This document shows positions 49,614 to 62,484 of a stretch of DNA of 64,000 nucleotides, in pieces; position 1 is the stretch's first letter; each line of letters opens with the position of its first letter. The position numbers were made by a program, and so were the translations under genes. The stretch covers positions 12,400,001 through 12,464,000 of the forward strand of contig NC_047070.1 of NCBI RefSeq assembly GCF_902459465.1. The letters are read 5' to 3'. The notes below the pieces were generated by a model. The model was given only the letters and a program-made list of their open reading frames with translations. It ran no database searches and was not told the origin of the DNA. The DNA is from Asterias rubens (taxonomy: Eukaryota).

Positions 49614-52045
49614 TATTATTATTATTATTATTTATTTGACCTCAACAAATACAAGTACATCAAAAAGCACAGCAAAAGTTAACGAAAAGCAACGAACCAA
49701 TCAAAATAATAACGAATACAATAAATATACAAGCAAAAAGCACACAATAAATATAAAAAATAAAAATAAAAACCCAGAACAGAACATGACAGGAGGGCAA
49801 CTAGATGAGCAAAAAAAAGGAATGAATTTAAGAGGAGCATGCAGGCATGGGGAGTAAATCAACTGAGGGAAACAACTGGACAGACCAACAAGGAACAACT
49901 TATGTGGGTCAGGAACAACAAAAGTAAACTTGATTACTGTTGCTCGGAAGCATGTTGTCCCATGCATAAGTAGCACTAATCCAGAGGATCAAACGAAACA
50001 CAATGGACATAGAACTGACTTTACAACAATAGTGATTAGGTTCACCATGCCTGCAAGCACCAGCAAGTTAAAACTAGTTAAGAGGTGGGGTTTAAACAGA
50101 CATCTCTAAGTTGGCGGAGAAATGTCGGCAGAGGAGAGATTACAGCAGCGTCCCGAATATGTGAGGGGAAAGTATCCCATAACCTTGGAAATCGATGGGA
50201 AGGTGAATTGAACAAAGAATCTGTGCGAGCGGAGAGATGGCAGAATTTAGAGTGTGAGGATGACGTGGATTGATGACGGTATTTTCACTGAGAGATTCGC
50301 AGTATGAAATGCCGTGCAAGACCTTAAAGACAAAGGAGCTCAGTAAATAATTACGCCTGTGTATCAAGGGGTGCCAATGGAGCCGCTGCAATCTGTCTTC
50401 GTACGACATTTCTCCTCGCCTTTGGCCAAGAGCAAGACGGGTGGCTGTTCTTTGAACTCTTTCACGTAAATGTTGTTGAGATGAGGTGTAAGGGTGCAAT
50501 GCTGGTAAACCATACTCTAGGATTGGGACAACTAAAGATCTATACAAAGAAAAAATGGCTTTAGGTGAGGAACCCCTGGCAACTGATCGGATGAAACCTA
50601 AGAGGCGATTTGCTCTAGCTACTATGGATGAGGTGTGTGTTGCCCAGGATAGGTTGGAGTCTATTGTGAGACCCAAGTATTGAAATGATTTGACTGCTTA
50701 AGTGGATTGTTGCCTAATTTGTAGATTGGAGGGTGGATGTGTCTGCTTCTAGTGATATGCAAGACTTTGGTTTTACCAGCATTAAAGTTCATGTCATTGT
50801 TATCACACCAGTTTTTAAGTCTGTCTATGTCGAGTTGAAGTGTTTTCATCATCAGGGTTTTGTATGGAACGGTATAAGAGAACGTCGTCTGCAAACAATA
50901 CACAGTTGGAGGAGATTGAATAAGAAATGTCATTAACAAAAAGATTGAACAATAGCGGTCCGAGTACACTTCCCTGTGGTACGCCAGAAGTAACACCAAC
51001 CCATGGAGAAACCCCGCCCCGGAAGAGGACACGTTGTCTGCGACCAGTCAAAAACGACCTAACCCAATGCCACAACTCACCCCGCACATTAAACGATGTT
51101 GCCAGTTTTTCAAGCAAGGTGTGATGCGGCATCGTATCAAAGGCCTTTGACATGTCTAGGAAAACGGCATCTACTCTTGGGGGGGCGGCGTTTATCCAGG
51201 GTAGATGACCAGGAATGCATGATGTTGACCAGTTGGGTGACACAACTTCTGTGCTTCACAAAGCCATGCTGATTAGAGTTGAGGAGGCCAAATGCGCTCA
51301 ACTGATCATTAATAGCAGCAGATACAATGCGCTCGAGAACTTTACAAAGCACAGAAGTAAGAGCAACCGTTCTATAGTTAGTAACTAATGACTTGTCGCC
51401 CTTCTTGTACACTGGCCTTATGTTAGCGCATCGCCAATCATCAGGTAATTGTCCTGTGCTCAACGATGCACTGAGCAACGAACAAAGAGGGTGGGCTATT
51501 TCTGGAGCAATTTTGTTAAGGATATTTGGCAAAATACCATCAGGTCCAGGAGATTTATTCGAAGGGAGCTTTTTGAGTGTAGCGGCAATTTGGCTAGCAG
51601 AAACGGAAATATGAGATAACTCAGGAATGTGAAGTGAACATCGCGGGGGATTGTGGGGTACAGGACCTGATGGTTTACAAACAGAAGCAAAATAATCACT
51701 GAAAGCAGAGGAGATTTTGTCAGGGCAAGTCAGCTTACGATTGTTGTGATTAAAGGATGGAGGGGGAGGAGATTGTTTACGGCTTCTAACAAAGGACCAA
51801 AACTGACCCCTGTTATCGTCACCTTCGAACAATCTATTTACATATTGCCAGTAAGCCTTACAGGTGGATTTCTGAACATTGTTACGAACAGATTTGTACA
51901 AGTTCCAATCAAGGGAACGACCAAATTTGCGAGCTAAATTGAAAAGTTTATGTTTTTTGTTGATCAAGTTCTTAAGTTCACGAGTGATCCAGGGCGTGTG
52001 ACGGGACTTGCGTTTGGTAACCTGTGGAATAGAGTCTCTGATAGC

Positions 52046-52210
52046 TGTTATGTATATGTTATACCGCCCTCTTGTGTTGGTAACTATAGGCAGTTGCCAC
52101 GCGGGCAGCCATCTTGTATTACATGTGACTCCTGAGAGTTAGAGAACATGACCCAATGATACTACAACAGAAATGTGTCTTTTGTCTCTATTTATAAACT
52201 ATAAATAACA
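52046..52210 (+). repeat. 5' LTR (165 bp)
   Basis: Differs from the 3' LTR at about 3 positions. Confidence 0.97.
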
Positions 52211-52223
52211 TGGTGTCAGAAGT
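52211..52223 (+). promoter_or_regulatory. Primer binding site, tRNA-Leu(CAA) type
   Basis: TGGTGTCAGAAGT directly after the LTR. Confidence 0.85.
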
Positions 52224-52674
52224 AGAGGTACTTCGCCTGATCTACAAGGATTCCAAGTGCAATTTCGCGAAGGAAATTCTGGAATTTGAACTCTGAAAAC
52301 GGAACTTTAGAACGAGTTTCCACATCAACACTTCACGACGAACGTGTGCGAGAGTGAATCGCCACGCGACGCTGTACGCTGTGTGTGAACTCCATATTGC
52401 TACATGGAAATAGGTTGTGTACGTGTGACTATAATCATCGGACTGAACTATAACTTACGATTGCAAAGAGTATCATATGAATGAACTTGGAGGTGAACTG
52501 TTAGTAGTAGTATACATTTTAGACATAAGATTACGAAACACTTTCTCATGTGTTTTTCATGTGGTGTTGTTACATGAATCTGTATTCCCACAGAACTTTG
52601 TTGGATTGTTTGATTGAGATATTGTGAATTTATTGCAAGAGTATTGAACTGTGCTATTTTCTAGCTAATTTATA

Positions 52675-55600
52675 ATGGAAACTGATGCCCATACAAGTTC
52701 TAGAACGAGGGTTCCACTGCCAAGACCCTTAGATCTCCAGTCTGTCAATTTAAAAAGCAGCTGGGAAAAGTTTAAACAGGTCTGGGACAGCTATGAAATC
52801 ATAACGGGACTTGATAAAGATAGTGATAGGGTGAGGATAGCACATTTCATCACTGCAATAGGTCACGATGCCCTAGATGTACACAATGGTTTACCATATA
52901 AGACTGAAGATGAGAAGAAGGATTTCACTGTAATTTTAAACTTATGGGAGAAATATTGTGTAGGGAAGACCAACATAACATATGAACGATATAAGTTTAA
53001 TTGTTGTGTTCAGCAAAATGAGACGTTCGACAGTTACTATGTGCGCTTGCGGAAATTGGCTTTAACATGCGAATTTGGGCAACTAACGGATGAATTAATC
53101 CGTGACCGGATTGTCTGTGGAATCACAGATAATGCCACCAAAAAGAAATTGCTCCAAGAACCAGAACTTAATTTGAACAAATGTCTGGATTTATGCAGAG
53201 CCACTGAAACATAAAAAAGTCAGTTGAAGATAATGTCGAGCGATCATGTTGCAGAGACAACTGTGCATGCTGTGAATAAAAGGAAAACGCACAAAATGCA
53301 AAAGACACAGGCAAAGAATGAAACTATAAATTGCCGTTATTGTGGTCAACGTCATGAATTGATCAAAACCGAATGTCCAGCATTTGGGAAAATCTGTAAA
53401 AAGTGTGGAAAATCTAACCACTTTGCTGAAAAATGCATGACCAGCCAGTTTAATCAATATCAGTCTGGCTCTAAACTCCAATCCAAAATGAGGGGCAAGG
53501 TTAACGTTGTACAAAGTGACAATTCATCTGAATCAGAATTTGAGGATGAGGTTGAACAGTGTTTGTGGCTTACTACTGTTGTCATGAACGAGGAAGTTAA
53601 ATGTGTTGATGAACACATAAATGCCCAAAACACCAAGAAGATATATGCTCTGATGAAAATCAAAGGAAACCATAGAGCAACTAAGTTTCAAGTGGATTCA
53701 GGAGCCACATGCAATGTCATACCAGAGGCAAACCTTCCTTTTGGTACTGAAATAAAAGAATCAGATCAGAAGTTGTCGATGTACAATCAGAACACTATGC
53801 CGGTACAAGGAACTTGTAAACTACAGATCAGAAATTTAAAGAACAGAAAGAAGTATCTGGTACCATTTGTTGTAATTAAAGGGTGTAAGCAAATGCCATT
53901 GTTAGGATCAAGTACTGCTCAACAAATGAAGTTGATTGAAGTTAAACATGAGAATATAGCTGTAACTTTAAGTGAGAACTGTACAGTTAAGGGTGATACT
54001 CAAGTCGCATACACACTTCATGATCACGCGCGGAACAACGAACAAACTTTATCGACTCACACATGCAAAACGAAGGAGGAGATCTTCAGAGATCACGCTT
54101 GTGTTTTCACTGGATTAGGTCACTTGCCAGGAAAAGTGCGTCTACAAATAGAACCGGACTCACAACCTGTGGTAATGCCTCCACGACGTGTTCCCATCGC
54201 AATTAAACCTAAGTTAAAGGAAGAACTTGAAAGACTGGAACATCTGGAAGTCATAAAGAAAGTTGAAGGACCAACAGACTGGGTTTCCAGCTTGGTAAAT
54301 GTTATAAAACCGAGTGGTAAACTGCGTGTCTGTATCGACCCACAACATCTGAATCAAGCACTCAAACGAGAACAATATCCACTGCCAGTCATTGATGATG
54401 TCCTGCCCAAGCTAGCAAAGGTTAAGATTTTCAGTAAGGCAGACTGCAAAGAAGGATTTCTCCAGTGTGAACTTGATGAGGAGTCATCTCATCTTACTAC
54501 ATGCCAAACACCATGGGGCAGATATAGATGGTGTCGACTACCTTTCGGACTCTCACCTTCTCCAGAACTTTTCCAAATGAAATTGGATCAGTGCCTCGAA
54601 GGGTTGCCAGGTATTCACACTATCGCAGATGATATTTTGATCACAGGCCAAGGTGAAACTTACAAGGAAGCAGAAAGTGATCATGATGAGAATATGACAC
54701 AATTCCTCAATCGCTGTGAAAAAATGAACATCAAACTGAACAAGGCCAATTTTGAATACAAGTGTGACGAAATCACATATATTGGCCACCGCCTCACAAA
54801 CAAAGGACTCAAACCGGATCCAAACAAAGTGGAAGCAATTCTGAACATGGGAACACCAGCAAATGTTGAAGAAATACAGAGATTTGTTGGCATGGTTAAA
54901 TATCTAGCCAAATTCCTACCAGATCTGTCTGACATCAGCGAACCACTCAGACGACTAACACATAAAGATACTGAATGGTGTTGGACAGAGGAACAATCAC
55001 AAGCATTCCACACAATCAAGCAACGTCTGTCAACAGCTCCGATTCTTACATACTTTGATCCCAAAGTAGCGACAGAGGGTCAGGGTGATGCGAGTGAAAA
55101 AGGACTGGGATTTGTCTTACTGCAAAATGGACACCCAATCACATATGCTAGTAGAGCTCTAACGCCAGCTGAAACGCGATACTCACAGATTGAGAAAGAA
55201 TTACTCGCACAGATTTTCGGTCTTGAGCGCAACCATGAATATACTTATGGCCGACAAATGGTTTTATGGACTGATCACAAACCACTAGTCTCCATATCAA
55301 GGAAGCCGCTTGCAAATGCACCAAAACGCTTACAACGACTCCTACTCAGGATGCAAAGATATGATGTAAATATTCAGTACAAACCAGGTCCTGAAATGTA
55401 TCTGGCAGATACGTTATCGCGTGCATATCTGAAAACCAGTAATCGCTCAGCTGTTGAGGAAGAAGTAGAGAGTGTGCACATGATTGATACAGTACCAATC
55501 ACACACAAAACCCATGCACTGATCAAAGCAGCAACTACTGAGGATGAAAGTCTACAAACTGTCAAACGCTATCCTCAGCGGTTGGCCCGAAGACAAACGA

Positions 55601-56850
55601 CAACTTCCTACAATCGCTCATGCATATTACAGCGTACGGGATGAACTATCATATCAAGATGGAATCATTTTTCGCGGAGAACACTGTGTTAATCCTAAAT
55701 CAGCTCGTCCACGAATTCGACAGAGACTGCATAAGGCACACATGGGTATTCAAAGTACACTTCGCAGAGCCAGAGACACAGTATATTGGCCAGGCATGAC
55801 ACATGAGCTCACTGACTACATATCGAATTGTGAGACATGCAACACGTACCAAGCAGTGCACACAAAGGAACCTCTGATCAATCATCCCATACCAAGCCAC
55901 CCTTGGGAAAAGATTGGAGTAGATTTCTTCACGCTGGACAGCAAAGACTATTTATGCACTGTGGACTATTATTCTGATTACTTTGAGATTGATAGCCTAC
56001 CACATAAGAAGGATGCCAAAACTACAGTCAAACGCCTAAAGCGTCACTTTTCAACGCACGGTATTCCGGCTTTCATCTACTCGGACAATGGCCCCCCTTT
56101 CAACTCACACGAATTCGCTAACTTTGCAAATGACTATGAATTTCAACGGGTCACCAGCTCACCAGAATGTCCACAGAGTAACGGTAAAGTAGAAAGTGCT
56201 GTTAAGATCGCAAAGACACTACTCCGAAAAAACGCAGATAGCAACGGAGATGTTTATCAAGCTTTGTTGGCATGGCGAAATACACCAACTGAAGGAATGG
56301 GAAGCTCTCCAGCTCAAAGCTTTTTCGGAAGCGAACGAGAACCGGTTTGCCAATCTCACCAAAGCTACTCAAACCAAAAGTGCAGAGTGACGTCAAAGCA
56401 AAGAAACAAGACAAATAAGCTCGTCAAAAACGTCACTATGACAAGAACGCAAAAGAACTGCCAAAGTTAAAGACAGGAGACACAATACGTATCAAACCAA
56501 GCGCGAATCGCACAAACAGGCGTTGGGAAAAAGGACAAGTACAAGATCAAGTGAACATCAGGTCTTACAAAGTAAGAACAGAAGATGGACGCGAATACAG
56601 ACGCAACAGAAGACATCTCAAACTCAGTTCAGAATCTTTCATACCGCAACACGAGATTCAATTTCCCACAAATGCCCAAGACGAGTCAACAAAGGATACG
56701 ACCAAACAAACACAGAACGCGAATGGAGGTACTCCACGAAACACGGAAAACACAGAAAAGACTACACCACCAGAGACAGAATTGACAAACATCAGACAGA
56801 GCACTCGAGAACGTAGAGCGCCAGCATACCTAAAGGACTATATAACTTGA
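52675..56850 (+). pseudogene. Gypsy-2 gag-pol with one in-frame TAA (53212-53214) and frameshifts near 55560 and 56330
   Basis: gag, CCHC knuckles, QVDSGATCN protease, LPFGL/IADDIL RT, GDASEKGLG RNase H, HHCC + GVDFF/SDNGPPF/SNGKVE integrase. Confidence 0.95.
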
Positions 56851-57118
56851 ACTCAAACCAAATCAAAGACATCACAATAGTTGATCATTAAAGTTGTTTA
56901 TTGAGTTTGTGTGTTATACATGTACAAAGAAGGAAAAAGTTTAAGGATCCAGTCTTGGTTGAAAGTTAAACCTGTTAAACTTTCGGTGAAAACCAACTGT
57001 GAAAGTTTTGTTCACTTAGTAAGGTTTTGCTTTTTGCAAACTTGTTGTGTTTATTACTTGGTTTGTTAAAGTTTGGAGTTCATGACAATCTTCTTGTTTA
57101 CTGTTAAAAAAAGAAGGA

Positions 57119-57284
57119 TGTTACGTTATATGTTATACCGCCCTCTTGTGTTGGTAACTATAGGCAGTTGCCACGCGGGCAGCCATCTTGTATTACATGT
57201 GATTCCTGAGAGTTAGAGAACATGACCCAATGATACTACAACAGAAATGTGTCTTTTGTCTCTATTTATAAACTATAAATAACA
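57119..57284 (+). repeat. 3' LTR (166 bp)
   Basis: Near-identical to 52046-52210. Confidence 0.97.
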
Positions 57285-57534
57285 ATAGCGGCATCAAGTA
57301 AGTCTTGAAAGTTCTCAGCAGACTGGTTGATATCATCGCTGATGAAAGCTGACCAAGGGACGAGGTGGACTAATTGTCGCAGGTGGTCAAAATCACCGCG
57401 ATGAGTTTGTAAGAACGATCGAAGAATTGCAGGGCGAGGAGCTGGTTGGATGGAGCGAAAGATTATCTGTACAGCAAAATGATCGGAGCCACAGCAGCCT
57501 TAGACCAACATAGTCTAAAGAACTGTTCAGCCCT

Positions 57535-57960
57535 GGAAGGATTCAAAGACAAGCAGCTTGCTTCACCACAAATAACTACAACAGAAACTTGGGTACAGCC
57601 ACCAGTATACTCAACTGAACTCGGCTGGAAACCACTTCATATTAATAGAAGGACAGCTAGAAGACTAGCCATGTTCTACAAACTTGTCAATTATTTACTT
57701 GAAATCCCTCTTAAAGATTTTGCACAACATTCCACTCAACCCTAAAGAAAACACAATCTTCAATTCCAAGAAATTTGTCACACAACCAAAATTTATGGCA
57801 ACAGATTTTTTTCCCGCCACCATCAAGGACTGGATAGAATGCCTTACACTGTAGTGTGATTTCTAGCAACTCATAGACATCATCAAAGGCACTCGTTCTA
57901 AACACTTCACAAATGAAGCCATCCCATCCACACAATGCGCATAAATAAGCATGTGTGATG
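57535..57960 (+). pseudogene. CR1-like LINE 3' fragment
   Basis: LEGIQRQAACFTTNNY...ELGWKPL...RLAMFYK...FFPATIKDW across frameshifts. Confidence 0.75.
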
Positions 57961-58080
57961 TGTCTTTAGACATTTTTTACTGCTCAGCAACACATCAGTA
58001 TGATCAGTCCATAAACATTCATCGACAGTTCATAACATGTTCATCACGGCTGTTCATGAACGGTTCATCCTTTTAATTAA

Positions 58081-58466
58081 AGGCAGTGAACACTCTTGGT
58101 AATTACTCAAAATAATTATTATTATAAAACCTTACTTGTTAATGAGTAATAGGGAGCTGTTGATAGTATAAAACATTAATGTGAGAAACGGCTCCCTCTG
58201 AAGTACATGTAATGTAGTTTTCGAGACAGAAGTAAATTTCCACGAATTTGATTTCGAGACCTCAGAATTAGATTTTGAGGTCTCGAAATCAAGCATCTGA
58301 AAGCACACAACTGGGTGTTTTTTCTTTTATTATTATTATATCTCGCAACTCCGACGACCAATTGAGCTCAAATTTTCACAGGTTTGTCATTTTGTGCATA
58401 CAGTATATTCAGATACACCGAGTGAAAAGTCTGGTCTTTGACAATTACCAATAGTGTCTAGTGCCT
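58081..58466. mobile_element. TTAA-type (Kolobok-like) MITE
   Basis: AGGCAGTGAACACTCTTGGTAATT ... AATTACCAATAGTGTCTAGTGCCT with TTAA at 58077-58080 and 58467-58470. Confidence 0.9.
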
Positions 58467-58498
58467 TTAATGAACATTTATTTGACTTTTTTGAACTA

Positions 58499-58655
58499 TT
58501 GTCCATACTCCTTGAACTTATGCTCAATTTAATTTTGGGAGTCATGAATTTTCATGAAAGTCCATCTAAACATTCTTTGCAGCTTATGAACTTTAAAAGA
58601 AATAATAATGACTCCCCAAATTAAATTGAGCAGAAGTTCAAGGAGTATGGACAAC
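58499..58655. repeat. Inverted repeat, ~47-bp imperfect arms
   Basis: TTGTCCATACTCCTTGAACTT..GGGAGTCAT / ATGACTCCC..AAGTTCAAGGAGTATGGACAA. Confidence 0.75.
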
Positions 58656-59540
58656 TTTCTGTAAAAAACTGTGAGACTTCATTACAATAAAAATGGATTC
58701 TAGATGCTCATTGAAGAAGATTCTTGCAATTTTCGGGAATGGATTCTTTATACTTTCAAGTATATTTGCAATGAATGTAATGTTGGAAAATAAAGCATCC
58801 AATGAACTTTGCCCTGCATCTTTCAATTGGTCAAAAGTTGTTGATGCTTGACTAGCCTCAATCCAAGGCTACATGTATGTGTAGCACACATATTTTTATG
58901 TAAACCGCAGCCGTGTGCCACATTTGTGCATCAATTCTTTACCCAGCTTGTAAGTGTACCGATTTGGAGTCTAGCCTGAAGCTTTTAAATAAATTTGTAA
59001 TTATCAACATGCCAATCATGGCAGGTGGAATATTGGTTAGGTTGGACACATGTGTTTGGTGTCCATTGGTGGGTGGGGCCCTTAGATACTCACTACACAG
59101 AGCACCCTTTGGTCATGTACATGTACATGTTTTTACATCTGAAATTAACTCTCTCGATCGAGGCCACATCAACAAATATCAAAACTTTTATTGAGTTTTT
59201 GGTATTATTATTGAAATTGAGTCTTCAGGAAAAGTAGAAAAGATACATGTATGGTGACCCAAATAATAAATGTAAATTTTGATTTTTCCTCTGCTGAATG
59301 CTGGCAATGCCAGGCAAATATACATAACCAATACATGTAGCTAACTTTAGACAGAGCTTGCATAAAATTATCAGGCCTACAGTAATATGTACAAATAACA
59401 GCTGTGAAAATTTGTGCGTTACAGGTTTTTTTTAATCATTTGCTCAAGTGACAATTGACATAAAGAAAGGGCAATTGTTACTTCAGTACATGCCAAAAGT
59501 ACACCATGTACAATGTACCATGTCTACACTATAGGCCTAT

Positions 59541-59679
59541 AATTGTTGCACGCTGTGACGGGATCCATGGCGTTTTGTACATCCAAGGGGGAAAATGGTA
59601 CCTGAGGCAAAGCCGAGGGTGCCATTTGCCCCCGAGGTTGTACAAAACCTAGGGACCACCGTCACAGCGTGCAACAATT
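59541..59679. mobile_element. Palindromic mini-element with central GAGGCAAAGCCGAG
   Basis: AATTGTTGCACGCTGTGACGG / CCGTCACAGCGTGCAACAATT arms; centre 59604-59617. Confidence 0.75.
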
Positions 59680-60360
59680 GTTTTCTTATACCTTGGTAAC
59701 ATGATTATTCCTCTTCTCAAAGTTCTGGGGTCATCTTCAAACATTTTTTACGACAAAGCAGATAAAGTGTTCAAAACAGAAACAGCTATTCACTGTTCCC
59801 TCAAACCGGCGGCCTATTCGTACTTAGCGCTCGAAATCAACCAACGGTGGAAACGATCAAGGTAATGCACACCGGTTGACAAAACTCATGTTTCCCACTG
59901 CGCCGTTTTTGTTCCACGTAAAGTAATTGGTTCTCGACCAATCAAACTTCACAATTTGTTACAGAGGTATAACAATGAAACATCTCTTATGTGTACAGGT
60001 AGAGGAGGCAGTGATGGAGATGTACGTCATGTTGAGAGAGATATTGATGAAGCTCAAGTCAGGGTACCTCTACCTGCTCGTCGTAGAGGAAGAGCTGCCA
60101 GGGATAGAATGATCAGACAACCTGAAGAGCAAGGTTGGTTCCAGGCAGAAACGTAATTAATTAGCCTTGTCTACAATATTTTCCCAAACCTGCATTATTC
60201 TAAACATAGACAATGGGAGGCAGTTACCTTTTTCGCAGCTTTATTACTTGTATAGTACACATATGCACTATGCAGTCAGTAATAAATGCTTGTAATTTAA
60301 AATGACACAACAATACACTGTAAAATAGGGACTGTGGTTTCCCGTCTACATTTTATGTAC

Positions 60361-61033
60361 TAGGCCTGGGCGAATAATTTGAATATCCGGTTAATGGCAA
60401 ATAGTTTTTCCCAACCCTAATCGTGAATACCGTTTTAGACGTAACCGGATATCCACAAGGGGCGCGGATATCTTGTAATAAACCGGATAGTCCTCTAAAT
60501 ACAACCAAGAAACCGGATTCCTATTATCCCTGATCGTCGGGTCGTCGACTGATAGGAATGTTTTGTCGGAATCCTTATGACACTTCTATCAAAACAGCAC
60601 AAAACAGCATAAAATAAGTATTTAACTATCCCCCCTTCCATAAAGAGTTAAAACAATGACATTTCCAACGTTTTTGTTTGAAAGATAAGCGAAAGTTTTC
60701 CTTCTACACATAGAGTCAATGAAGATATCAAAAGAAAAAGCGAATCGCTATCTTGAAATTAAATCTGGTTATTTTTATGAATGAATCGAGTGACACTGTC
60801 TAAAACTAATATGTAAATCTGCCCATACAATTAACGACCAAAAAGGAACAGCGCCTCTTGCGGCAACCCCCCCCCCCCAAAAAAAACCCCCAAAAAACAC
60901 ATTGCCTTCTAGCGATCGTGGCGCTCACTATTAAGCAAGTAAGTACTGGGGACAAAATGTTTGAATATCGGGTTAATTTTGGATAGTGGCCAGCGGTTAA
61001 CCGAATACCAAATTTCACTATTCGCCCAGCACT
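60361..61033. mobile_element. hAT-like MITE
   Basis: TAGGCCTGGGCGAATA / TATTCGCCCAGCACT ends and repeated CCGGAT/GGTTAA subterminal motifs. No clear TSD. Confidence 0.55.
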
Positions 61034-61550
61034 TACATCATTGGACTATTACCAGGAATCTTCTTGAATGCCACTTATTGCATCAGATGAAGTACATTGT
61101 ACCTGTGAACTTTATTATCCAGTCATGTGCTGTTCAATGTACACTGTGTCTCAAGTGCAAAATAATTTAAATTCATAAATACCTCCGACAGTTTCGCTAT
61201 TCCTATTGGTGGAGAGCGCGTCACGTGGGTGTGTATAAACCTTTGTTTATGACCGGTATAAAATGTTGAAACATGTGCGTTACACGCGAGCTTGCACCTG
61301 TGCTTATAGACAGTTTCTTCATACCTTTTGGTCGAGAGCAACGGCCGGGACAGTTGTGCCACATCACGTTATACGCGTGACGCCCACAGCATTCCCTTAT
61401 AAGGAGTTGTTTACCCAAGGGCGGCGGAGGGCCTTACCGTTTCATTGCTGGAGGGGTGTTGTGTTGAAAGAAATCATTGAACAATTAAAATTTTTGCATT
61501 TATTTTACTTTTTGACCAAAAGTGTTGATGTTTTTTTACCGAAAAGGTAT

Positions 61551-61736
61551 TTATGAATGGGAATCAAAGTGTGTTGAATCGGTTTTCAACTAGTGGTTTA
61601 ACACAAAACCCGTCGAGGCCTGGTTCTTGATAATTTACCTCGACTTCGTCTCGGTAAAATTATCAAGAACCAGGTCTCGTTGGGATTAAACCACTAGTTG
61701 AAACTCTCTTCACCACACATTGATTCCCTTATTTAA
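61551..61736. mobile_element. Palindromic mini-element with central CTCGACTTCGTCTCG; half-copy at 24835-24940
   Basis: GGGAATCAA..ACTAGTGGTTTAA..CCTGGTTCTTGATAATTTACC and reverse complement. Confidence 0.8.
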
Positions 61737-62484
61737 AAAGTGAATCAATTTTTGGCATAGCACTAATTGTACACTGGACTTCCATTGTCTTCATAAGGAT
61801 ACTTTGGAGACCTTCTTACTTGAACAATTGAGGTTGGAAGCCAGGGAATCGGTCTTACTGGCCCAGATCATGTTCCGATAAAGTTCCGATAAAGTTCCCA
61901 GAGCTGGAGCCTAAGAGCAAAAGAATAATTTGCATAATAGACCCCTTGAACTGACGCCACACACTGCTGCTGTCTGTTTCATGCTTATCATGCTTGTGGG
62001 CAATTCCAAGCAAACACGAACATGACATAAATAAAATCAACTTTCTTTCCAATTAGAAGTTTTAGCTAACATGTGAAATCAATTTACTTTTAGTTGTTGA
62101 CAAGGAATAAACCTAATTTTGACAAATAAGAACTCAGCTTGGGCTCCATACATGTACATGTACATAACTGTAATGCAACTGACCGTAATGTGACTGACCA
62201 TGGTTTTGACATATTGTACATGTATATATGTACCTTAAAGTTCATGTTGCTGACCATTTATAGGTATCCTGTTGGATAATCATGTACAGTGTGTAAGAGT
62301 TGTGTGTTACATGTAGTCAAATGTAGTAAAACTTTTGCAAGGTTTTTTTAGTAAGAGGAAACTTTTGAATTGTGACTTCTGTATTTTTTTACGTCCTTTT
62401 TATGTAATAATGCGACTGACCGCTTTTTACAATATTTTCACATTCAGAGCACACAGCCCACAACATTTCTAATATCATCAACTC

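Larger units (their letters stand above)
52046..57284 (+). mobile_element. Full-length Ty3/Gypsy LTR retrotransposon 2 (5239 bp)
   Basis: TG..CA LTRs at 52046-52210 and 57119-57284, 5-bp TSD ATAGC, PBS, PPT AAAAAAAGAAGGA at 57106-57118. Confidence 0.97.
49614..57487 (-). pseudogene. 5'-truncated CR1-clade LINE (parts 57487-57290 and 52040-49614) split by Gypsy-2
   Basis: SDH...DLLDAAI|RDSIPQVTKRKSRHTPWIT, KSPGPDGI, NYRTVALTSVLCKVLERIV, FLDMSKAFD, GVPQGSVLGPLLF, FADD; (ATA)n tail at ~49614-49635. Confidence 0.93.
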
